64,000 nucleotides of DNA. Origin: a virus. Lineage: Duplodnaviria > Heunggongvirae > Uroviricota > Caudoviricetes. The DNA lies in the IMG/VR virus record IMGVR_UViG_2718218135_000001, positions 49,251-113,250 of that record; one strand, 5' to 3'. Made by a program: the position numbers and the translations under genes. The notes beneath the pieces were generated by a model. It was given only the letters and a program-made list of their open reading frames with translations. It had not been told where the DNA came from and did not search any database. Positions 37,688-45,197 of this stretch are shown piece after piece (within the stretch, counting starts at the first letter, position 1; every line of letters begins with the position of its first letter).

Positions 37688-38500
37688 ATGAAAGAAGAAT
37701 TTCAGAAGTTAGTCTGCGACATCATCGACAAATCCGGCGTAGAAATTGATACAGAAGAGCGCCAGAAGATTATCGACGAGGCGATCCAAACTGCGCTGGA
37801 GCATATCGCCACGTCCGTGAGCGCCGCACCTCTTTCGGAAGGCTCGAAATACATGCAGGTCTGGGTTCGTTTTGGAGAGTCCCCGGAGTTGCCAGGTGTT
37901 AAGCAGAAACGCGCGGCACTTGTGGCGTTCTCTCGCGAGATGAAAGACGCAACGGTCGAAGTGAGTACCGGTGCATGGTACGACGGTCGCATTGTCTACA
38001 CTAATCAGACTGTCTACACCAATCAGACTGTGTGCGATGAAGGTGAACGGTTTGAGGATATTGTCGACGCAACTCTTCGCACGCTCAAAGTCAGAGCTGG
38101 TGTGGCGGATGACCCGTCCATCGCGGCGTTCCTGAGTATTGTCGAACAGTCTGAAGTTACCGAGCGCGTAACAGATCTGACAACTCCACCTGGTTTGCTG
38201 GAATTGGTGGTCAGTGGCGATATCAAAAAAGCCGTTGAGCGCATTCGTGAGGTGGAATACGGCATTATCTGCGATATGTGCCGCAGCGACTTAGACCTGG
38301 TGCGCATCATTGTCGACGCGGGTCAGGCATGTGACGGAGTACTCGCCAGTTTTGCAGGGCAAGTGGCTCGTCTGGCCAACGAATTACCCATGATTAAACA
38401 AGAAGCCAAATCCTACGCCGTTCATCGTACCAACGATTTACTGGACCCATACCGGTTCGAAGCTGCTCAGGACAAAATGACTGGCTGGGCGACCTGGTAA
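37688..38500 (+). CDS. hypothetical protein
   Basis: 270-aa acidic ORF with AGGAG RBS; contains 18-bp tandem duplication (VYTNQT x2). Confidence 0.4.
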   Translation: MKEEFQKLVCDIIDKSGVEIDTEERQKIIDEAIQTALEHIATSVSAAPLSEGSKYMQVWVRFGESPELPGVKQKRAALVAFSREMKDATVEVSTGAWYDGRIVYTNQTVYTNQTVCDEGERFEDIVDATLRTLKVRAGVADDPSIAAFLSIVEQSEVTERVTDLTTPPGLLELVVSGDIKKAVERIREVEYGIICDMCRSDLDLVRIIVDAGQACDGVLASFAGQVARLANELPMIKQEAKSYAVHRTNDLLDPYRFEAAQDKMTGWATW

Positions 38501-38517
38501 GCCTCGATAAAACATTT

Positions 38518-38539
38518 AGCCCCCTCGTGGGGCTTCTTT
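38518..38539 (+). terminator. terminator-like hairpin
   Basis: AGCCCC-TCGT-GGGGCT followed by TCTTT. Confidence 0.5.
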
Positions 38540-38550
38540 AAACTGCGATT

Positions 38551-38570
38551 AATAAGTAAGTACAAGATTA
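38551..38570. promoter_or_regulatory. conserved intergenic motif A copy (AATAAGTAAGTACAAGATTA)
   Basis: TAAGTAAGTA core; between terminator and next start. Confidence 0.45.
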
Positions 38571-38581
38571 CGGTTAGAAGC

Positions 38582-39058
38582 ATGTCCACAAGAACAGATT
38601 TGTCGAAAATCCCGTCTATCTCCGGAAACAACGGTTATTCGCTGCGCTGCCCGGAAGTGAAGCTCAACGGCCATGAGGCTCATTGCAGCTATACAGTCTG
38701 CCAACACACGATCCTCGCCTATAAAGAAAAACGTCTCCCGGCTACATCGTTCCAGTCCTGCGCTGCGGCTATTGCTGCTGGTAAATGTCAGGCACTGAAA
38801 ATGATGGTCGAAGAGATCCGCAAAGACGAACAGCTCTACTTCATCGATATGTCTTCACTTATCAAAGAAGTGGAAGAGCAAAACGACCATGCCAGAACGC
38901 TCCCCCGGAAGCGAAACACCGCGACAATTGACAGTCTTATTCATCGCACGAAGAAAACAGAACCTGCTAAATCCGAAACCAAGCCCACCGATTCACTGGC
39001 GCCGGTCACTGACGTGTACGCGGCACTCATTGAAGAAGCAACCAAAGAAAACACATGA
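38582..39058 (+). CDS. hypothetical Cys-rich protein
   Basis: 158-aa ORF; several Cys/His (CPEVKLNGHEAHCSYTVCQH). Confidence 0.35.
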   Translation: MSTRTDLSKIPSISGNNGYSLRCPEVKLNGHEAHCSYTVCQHTILAYKEKRLPATSFQSCAAAIAAGKCQALKMMVEEIRKDEQLYFIDMSSLIKEVEEQNDHARTLPRKRNTATIDSLIHRTKKTEPAKSETKPTDSLAPVTDVYAALIEEATKENT

Positions 39059-39092
39059 AAACTCCCGAGCGACCGATGGAGGTTAAACACTA

Positions 39093-40415
39093 ATGGAAAA
39101 ACTGATCGCCCTAAAGCACAAGCTGGATGCTATTAAAACGATGGGAACCAACGCCAAGAAAGAGGCGCTGGCCAATCTGGATGAATTTGAACAGAGCATG
39201 GTCTCGCTAATGCTCAATCCATTCATTCGATTCGGTGTGAAGAAGTACAAAGTGGCCGAGCCACTCGATACTTCCGTACCCAGCGACCAGAAGGTAGTAG
39301 ATCTGCTGGAGAAGCTGGCAGCGCGCGAACTGACCGGGAACATCGCTATTGCTGCTGTCGAATCACTCGTTGCCTCGATGTGCGCTGACGGGCAGGACGT
39401 GTTTCGTCGCTTCCTGCTGAAAGATCCGAAAGCCGGTGTCGGCATCAGCCTGTGCAACAAGGTGTTCGAAAACCCAATTCCGAAGTTTGAGGTACAGCTG
39501 GCGTCTCCGTACAAGGAGAAAGGCGACAAATACCCATTTAAACCAAATCCAAAGGCCAAGTGGCCAATGATCGGCAGTCTCAAACTCGATGGTCTCCGGG
39601 TTATCTGCGAAGTCATCGTGGACGAGGGTGAGGTCAATTTCCTGACGCGCACCGGCAATCCGATTACGTCACTCGATCACCTTAAACCAGCCATGCTGGA
39701 GCGGAGCAGACTCTCCGGCTTCAATCACATCTTCTTCGATGGAGAGGGCACTGCAGGTACATTCAACCAGTCAGTGTCGGCGCTTCGTAAGAAGAACGTG
39801 AAAGCCATTGGTGCCGTTTACCACATTTTCGATTTCTTCTTACCGGAGTGGCGTGCTCAAGCAAAAAGCAAAGAGTACCTGAAGACCGGTATGAAGCTGA
39901 AAGAGCGCCTGGCTATGCTGGTGGCGTTGTTCCGCAACACTTGCGTGGAAGATTATGCGCAAGATATCCACCTTCATCCGTTCTACATCATCCATAGCCA
40001 CGAAGATTTCATCGAACGTTTCATGAAGCGACTGGACGAGAATGAAGAGGGAGAGATGGGCAAAGATCCGGATTCAGTTTACGAGTTCAAACGTACCCGC
40101 AGCTGGTGGAAGCTGAAAGACGAGGATTCAGAAGACGGTGAAATCATCGACTTCGAGCCTGGCGATCCGGATTCTGGATTTGCGCATACGCTAGGCAAGA
40201 TAGTGATTCGTCTGGAGAACGGCGTCATCGTTCGTGCCAGCGGTATCAAGCATAAATACCTGGATGAAATCTGGAACAATCAGGAGAAGTATCGTGGACG
40301 CATCGTTGAGGTTCACTGCCATGAGAAAACGCCAGATGGTAGCTTGCGTCATCCACGTCTGAAGTGGCCTAAATGTCTTCGAGATACCGAAGATCGTATT
40401 GGAGATAAAGAATGA
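39093..40415 (+). CDS. ATP-dependent DNA ligase
   Basis: Motif I KLDGLR, motif III FFDGE, motif V-like WWKLK; GGAGG RBS. Confidence 0.65.
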   Translation: MEKLIALKHKLDAIKTMGTNAKKEALANLDEFEQSMVSLMLNPFIRFGVKKYKVAEPLDTSVPSDQKVVDLLEKLAARELTGNIAIAAVESLVASMCADGQDVFRRFLLKDPKAGVGISLCNKVFENPIPKFEVQLASPYKEKGDKYPFKPNPKAKWPMIGSLKLDGLRVICEVIVDEGEVNFLTRTGNPITSLDHLKPAMLERSRLSGFNHIFFDGEGTAGTFNQSVSALRKKNVKAIGAVYHIFDFFLPEWRAQAKSKEYLKTGMKLKERLAMLVALFRNTCVEDYAQDIHLHPFYIIHSHEDFIERFMKRLDENEEGEMGKDPDSVYEFKRTRSWWKLKDEDSEDGEIIDFEPGDPDSGFAHTLGKIVIRLENGVIVRASGIKHKYLDEIWNNQEKYRGRIVEVHCHEKTPDGSLRHPRLKWPKCLRDTEDRIGDKE

Positions 40416-40591
40416 TGCTCGGCTGGATGTTTGTATTTTTAGTCGTCGGCATTGTTATCGGAAGTCTGGTTATGTCCAGCTGTATCCACGATTACGTAAA
40501 AGCCGGTGTCATGCAAAGGCGAGGTCGTATTTATCGCATAGTAGATATCACGGACACACTGAAGGAGATTAAGGATGAGCATGTTAAGTAA
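40412..40591 (+). CDS. small membrane protein (59 aa)
   Basis: ATG overlaps ligase stop; one TM helix; C-terminal RIYRIV motif shared with ORF at 40787. Confidence 0.25.
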   Translation: MMLGWMFVFLVVGIVIGSLVMSSCIHDYVKAGVMQRRGRIYRIVDITDTLKEIKDEHVK

Positions 40592-40787
40592 ACGAGAGAA
40601 GGAAACCCTGCGTGAAATCAGCAAGTGGAAGGAGTTCTACGCCAACTGGAAGCCGAAGACCAGAGCCAAACTGGAGCGCATGAATCTTGTCGCCAACGTT
40701 TCTCCAAAGGGATGTATTGAGAACTATCAACTGACTGAAAAAGGTTATTTGTTGTTGCAGCAATTGACTGAGGCGGGGGCATACTGA
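40575..40787 (+). CDS. small hypothetical protein (70 aa)
   Basis: GAAGGAG RBS; overlapping small-gene array. Confidence 0.3.
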   Translation: MSMLSKREKETLREISKWKEFYANWKPKTRAKLERMNLVANVSPKGCIENYQLTEKGYLLLQQLTEAGAY

Positions 40788-40939
40788 TGATTCCATACAT
40801 CATTTTATCATTCACTGGTGGCGTGGGCCTCGGCCTCGCAATCTGCCGCGCCCTGGTCCAGCAGGAACTGAAAACCAAAACACTTCGTGTCGGTAAGCGT
40901 GTGTATCGGGTTGTTCACGAGACGGGAGTGCGAAAATGA
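40787..40939 (+). CDS. small membrane protein (50 aa), paralog-like of 40412 ORF
   Basis: Starts ATGATTCCATAC; TM helix then RVYRVV motif; stop overlaps next start. Confidence 0.2.
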   Translation: MIPYIILSFTGGVGLGLAICRALVQQELKTKTLRVGKRVYRVVHETGVRK

Positions 40940-41241
40940 GCAATTTGACTTCCTTCGACTGGTGGCTGGCAACCTACCTTGTTGCGGCCGGCTTCGGATT
41001 TGCCTTTTACGTTGGTCAGTTAATCGTAAAGCTACTGCTGATAAGATTCGCCAGCGATAAACGCATAGACGACGGTCTGTGGCGTCTGGGGCCCCTGTTA
41101 GAGACGCATTACGGCGAACTCAAGGAAAACGAAACTATCACTATTCAAGCGAAGCGTTTTACCGCCATCATCACGAGAACTTCGGAACAAAAGGGGAGCC
41201 TGATCAAAAAGATAGCAACTAAACGCATCACAGATAGATAA
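40936..41241 (+). CDS. small membrane protein (101 aa)
   Basis: N-terminal TM helix (WWLATYLVAAGFGFAFYVGQLIV). Confidence 0.35.
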   Translation: MSNLTSFDWWLATYLVAAGFGFAFYVGQLIVKLLLIRFASDKRIDDGLWRLGPLLETHYGELKENETITIQAKRFTAIITRTSEQKGSLIKKIATKRITDR

Positions 41242-41258
41242 GTATTTACTTACCTATC
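41233..41258. promoter_or_regulatory. conserved intergenic motif A copy, extended palindrome (GATAGATAAGTATTTACTTACCTATC)
   Basis: 12-bp inverted arms with one mismatch; at the edge of the non-coding tRNA region. Confidence 0.5.
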
Positions 41259-41984
41259 TAATATGTATAAGATCACTTTGTTTTCGTTGAGATGCGACTG
41301 TTTGAACGTTAAATATAACTGCAAACGAAGATGCATACCTGGCAGTAGCCTAAGAAGCCAAACACCAGCGAGGTCAGTTTCCAGCCTCGTCACCAAAATG
41401 GGACACACTGAGCGAGTGTGATTGCAGAACGCAGAATAGGGCATATTGCACCATCCATGCCCTATTCAATGAAGTAACAGAATGGGCGGTTGGTTTCATC
41501 ATTCCATTCACCCATCCCGGTTTCAGCTGACCGTCCATTCTGTTACGTCATTTCCATTACTTATGTCGTTTATACTTGGGTTAAAAGCGGCGACGTAACC
41601 CGGCTGACTTGGTTAGTCAGCACATAACGTTGAGATCACTGATTTTTCTTAAAATCATACAGGCGATTCCACATAGCTGTAGCGACTGATCAATATGTTG
41701 GGTTGAACATTAATCGGTTCAGTGATCTCAACGTTGTGAAAGCAGGATTAATTAACCCTCTAGTGAAAACATTGTTGCCTTTATTGCCCCTGGCTTCACA
41801 ACATGTATGATTCCATACATCTAATAAGATCGAAGAATCTAACGGCAATCAACCACCGAGAAAGATTCCAGATCTTCGCTCATATGAGCGAGCCACATAC
41901 CTTGTCTGGCACTAACGTAAAGTGCAAGTTGCGGGAAAGTTTCTGGCTGCCTGGTTGTCCATAAGCTAGTACCGCCGCGAATAT

Positions 41985-42059
41985 GATGGTGTAGCTCAGT
42001 GGTAGAGCGGTTGACTGTTAATCAACTGGTCGGTGGTTCGAGTCCACCCACCATCGCCA
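41985..42059 (+). tRNA. tRNA-Asn (anticodon GTT)
   Basis: Cloverleaf by hand: acceptor GATGGTG/CACCATC, D-arm GCTC..GAGC, anticodon stem GTTGA/TCAAC with loop CTGTTAA, T-arm GGTGG-TTCGAGT-CCACC, discriminator G, CCA encoded; differs from E. coli tRNA-Asn as I recall it. Confidence 0.75.
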
Positions 42060-42213
42060 ACATAGCGCTGAACGGTTTGGATTCGCCACCACCGTCCGAA
42101 CGAAAGACTCCGCAAATGTCGCCAGACCGTTCAGCGCTGTGATAGACACGGCAGACGTTTTTTAACCATTGCTTCTAAGCATCGTAGCAACACTTTTTTC
42201 AGCGCAAAATCCA

Positions 42214-42235
42214 AAGGGGCTTCGGCCCCTTTTTG
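42214..42235 (+). terminator. rho-independent terminator
   Basis: AGGGGC-TTCG-GCCCCT followed by TTTTT. Confidence 0.6.
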
Positions 42236-42313
42236 CTATCAAGTCGCATATGCAACCAACTTTTTTTAGCTTATAGTTAAGTTCAGTAGTAGAATGCTAC
42301 GCTTCGTCGAGAA

Positions 42314-42829
42314 ATGACGATTATGGAGTCTATCGTGAAATTTAAAATCCAGCATTTGCAGGCAGCAGTGGCACTGGTTCTTGCCAGTATCCAGCCGCAA
42401 CCCAAAGCGGTTGCGTGTCAGCCTACGATTGTAGAACGGGTTTATGAGATGGGCGCTAGAGTCAACAAAACCGACATCAGTGATCTTACAGCTGCTCTCA
42501 ATGAATTGGCTAAAGAACTGCGTTCAAGCCGCGCTGAACTTGCTCGTTATGCTGACACTGACTTCTTTGCTGCTATCAAAGTAGCGGAAGAAATTAAGAA
42601 TCAAACTATTCATGTAGCCGGTATCGCAGAATCTTTTGTTTTGATGTTACCTGAAAAAGACGTCATCATGTCTTACGACAAAAACACTGTTGAGTTTGCG
42701 TTTTTTAAAGCTATTAAAATGGTCAGTATTGCGACCAAAAACTATCTCAATCTGATTGATCAGATTACACACACTTCTGTAGTGCGTGACTCTGGTGTCA
42801 ACCTTTTAGCCATGAACCATTCTAGCTGA
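42314..42829 (+). CDS. hypothetical protein
   Basis: 171-aa ORF after terminator; TAGAAT -10-like element upstream. Confidence 0.4.
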   Translation: MTIMESIVKFKIQHLQAAVALVLASIQPQPKAVACQPTIVERVYEMGARVNKTDISDLTAALNELAKELRSSRAELARYADTDFFAAIKVAEEIKNQTIHVAGIAESFVLMLPEKDVIMSYDKNTVEFAFFKAIKMVSIATKNYLNLIDQITHTSVVRDSGVNLLAMNHSS

Positions 42830-42997
42830 ACTTTAGCGATCGTCATCTTCTTCATCATTCTTTTTCTTCTAACAAATCATTCTCATCAATCTGGCTCAGA
42901 TGGCATTCCAAAGTTGGCGTTATTAGGCGCTTTTTACTATTTAGCGTTTAAGATGGTTTGTCTACATAATTTATTCAGAATTTACGTAAGCTATATA

Positions 42998-43030
42998 AAT
43001 GATTCCATACTTGTAAGGTATGGAATCATT
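42998..43030. repeat. perfect 13-bp inverted repeat (AATGATTCCATAC-N7-GTATGGAATCATT)
   Basis: Exact palindrome about 100 bp upstream of recombinase gene; ATGATTCCATAC core also at 40787 and 41807. Confidence 0.6.
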
Positions 43031-43128
43031 TTCAAAAACAGTCTATTTTACTGTTGATCATACAAAACTTAGGCCTAACATACTGTTTATAAATACAGTA
43101 AAAACAGGCTTCACTCAGTGAGTGGACT

Positions 43129-44232
43129 ATGAAAAACACTTTTGATAAAGCACGCGCAGCAGAAAACACCTCTAGAGAAGCCATCGAGTATCTCGAACGC
43201 GCTTCCGGTTTGTCAGCAGTGTCGACCACCAATTTCGACGGTGACATGTCGTTTTCTTCCGCATTCATGTTATTCACTCGCTTATCTTTGCTGATAACGA
43301 GACGTCGACCTGAAATAGCTGTTCATTGTATTTTGATACATGTAATGCCGCATATCTGTGAAGTAAAAGTAAGTGACATTAGTAGGGTTTTAGTCAACCA
43401 GCTGGTGAACCCATTAATACTTGAGGGCAAGATCGTCCAGGGCAGACGTGTGTTCTCGCTGATGAAGCAGTTTCTCAGTTGGTGTGCATTTCAGGGCTTA
43501 ATTGATACATCCCCATTGAACGATATGTCGCTTAACAGAGTAGCCGGTGGCGCGAAGCCCACGCCGCGCGAGCGCAAACTGACCGACGCAGAGGTCTGGG
43601 TCTTTTGGAATGTATGGGACTACTTCAACGTATGTGAGGGTACAAAGTGGGCGGCCAGATTATGCCTTGTAGCGGCCAGACGACCAGATGAAGTGCTCCG
43701 AGCTAAAAGATCAGAATTCAACCTCGAATATAATTTATGGAATCAAGGAACGAGGAATAAATCGGCTCGCCAGCACTCGTTACCATTAAGCCCGCTAATG
43801 CGCAAATGTGTTGAGGAGCTGATCAAATACGGAAAAGGCAGCCAGTGGCTTGTTCCTTCAAACAAGAAACAGGGTGAGGATGTGCCAATGTCTAAGGTGG
43901 CCATATCACAGGCGTTGAGAAGGATTTTAGAACGTCCAGAGTTGATGGAGCTTGAGCCATTTACTCCCCGAGATTTGCGTCGTACTGCGCGTAGTTACTT
44001 CCCCGCGTTAGGCATAAGTCAGGAGGTATCCCGCAAAATTATGAACCACAGTCTTGAGGGGATAGATCGAGTATACGATCGACACGATTATATAGACGAG
44101 ATGCGAGACGCCTTAAACAGTTTTTCGGCGTACATCGCATCAATCGTAGAGAAACAGGATTTAGAGGAGATAGATCATAAGTTCAAGGGAGATCGACTCG
44201 CTACTGAGCTAATCCGTGTAAATTTCTCATAG
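43129..44232 (+). CDS. tyrosine recombinase / integrase
   Basis: C-terminal catalytic region RDLRRTARSYF ... MNHSLEGIDRVYDRHDY (R..H..R..Y pattern). Confidence 0.65.
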   Translation: MKNTFDKARAAENTSREAIEYLERASGLSAVSTTNFDGDMSFSSAFMLFTRLSLLITRRRPEIAVHCILIHVMPHICEVKVSDISRVLVNQLVNPLILEGKIVQGRRVFSLMKQFLSWCAFQGLIDTSPLNDMSLNRVAGGAKPTPRERKLTDAEVWVFWNVWDYFNVCEGTKWAARLCLVAARRPDEVLRAKRSEFNLEYNLWNQGTRNKSARQHSLPLSPLMRKCVEELIKYGKGSQWLVPSNKKQGEDVPMSKVAISQALRRILERPELMELEPFTPRDLRRTARSYFPALGISQEVSRKIMNHSLEGIDRVYDRHDYIDEMRDALNSFSAYIASIVEKQDLEEIDHKFKGDRLATELIRVNFS

Positions 44233-44616
44233 CGACTTGATTGCCTCAACAACCCGCTCCGACGCACCACGTTGGTCACCGAAACGTCGACGGAAGGCTT
44301 CCAGAACTAGTTTTTCATCTTTAGTCAGAGGGGCTGTGCCTTCGTCGCGAAAAAACTCTAACAGCTCTGGATGACGCTCTTCCAGCACCATTAGCATCAA
44401 TCGGACCGAATCGGCATCCAATGCTTTAGCCAACGCTCTGACCTTGTCGATCGGAAGCGGGATTTTGCCGCTCTTGATAAGTGAAAGATTGTTAGGATTT
44501 TTATAGCCTGCTTCTTTCGCGATGGTCGCCTGGCTTTTCGGAGAAATCGCGATTAAAGCGTCAATGTAAGCAGCGTAGCGACCTACTTTAGCTTCTGTTA
44601 TTTCGTTGGTAGCCAT
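44227..44616 (-). CDS. HTH transcriptional regulator (candidate repressor)
   Basis: HTH-like QATIAKEAGYKNPNNLSLIKSGKIP; divergent from 45198 operon with motif B in the shared region. Confidence 0.45.
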   Translation of the reverse strand: MATNEITEAKVGRYAAYIDALIAISPKSQATIAKEAGYKNPNNLSLIKSGKIPLPIDKVRALAKALDADSVRLMLMVLEERHPELLEFFRDEGTAPLTKDEKLVLEAFRRRFGDQRGASERVVEAIKSL

Positions 44617-44872
44617 AATTATCAACCTGCGTGTTTTGATTTTATATGGTAAGTGCTTACTGATATTACATCAAAGGTTAGTGTTGTAAAGACTTATCTA
44701 TTTTTTTTCGTAGAGTTATTGACCGCAAAAGGCTTCATTAATAGACAACTATCTAAAAAACAACTCATTTAAGAACTTAAAACTAAGTTGTATTTGATAT
44801 ATAAGTATTCCGTATTGATACAATAGGTAGTAGTATTGCAAGGCATTTACGTGTTCAGTTGGATGATATGAA

Positions 44873-45085
44873 ATGAAAAAAATAACTTCTAATTTGATCG
44901 CCCTTGAGGTCGGACATACGGTTTCAATTGACGATGATGGGGCAGCAGCCATACTCACTGAACTGCCAACAAAGTCTTTGTTACTTGACATGAAAGACGC
45001 AACCGCATACATCTTTGAGCTAAAGGGCAAGTGCTTCACTCTCATCAATACCGGCTGCGGTTCAGTAGCCGTCCGCACTATTTAA
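44873..45085 (+). CDS. small hypothetical protein
   Basis: 70-aa ORF in AT-rich divergent region. Confidence 0.2.
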   Translation: MKKITSNLIALEVGHTVSIDDDGAAAILTELPTKSLLLDMKDATAYIFELKGKCFTLINTGCGSVAVRTI

Positions 45086-45163
45086 CACACCCCTCCCATC
45101 CTCTCTAGCGCCTGTACGAACAGATTAGATGCCTGTTCGTACAGTGATAAATTACGCACATCA

Positions 45164-45179
45164 GAAAACAAATTGTTTT
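45164..45179. promoter_or_regulatory. conserved intergenic motif B copy (GAAAACAAATTGTTTT)
   Basis: Palindrome 19 bp upstream of VWA gene ATG at 45198. Confidence 0.5.
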
Positions 45180-45197
45180 AACAACAAGGAAATTCTA

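Noticed and set aside
41474-41546. Possible second tRNA or tRNA-like element (12-bp stem GTAACAGAATGG / CCATTCTGTTAC)
   Set aside because: No D-arm or T-loop (GTTC-type) structure could be folded by hand; retained only as an unexplained inverted repeat in the findings.
43129-44232. Assigning the tyrosine recombinase specifically as a chromosomal integrase with attP in the adjacent tRNA
   Set aside because: The tRNA appears phage-encoded and complete with no visible duplicated tRNA 3' segment nearby; the recombinase could equally be a multimer-resolution enzyme of a plasmid prophage.
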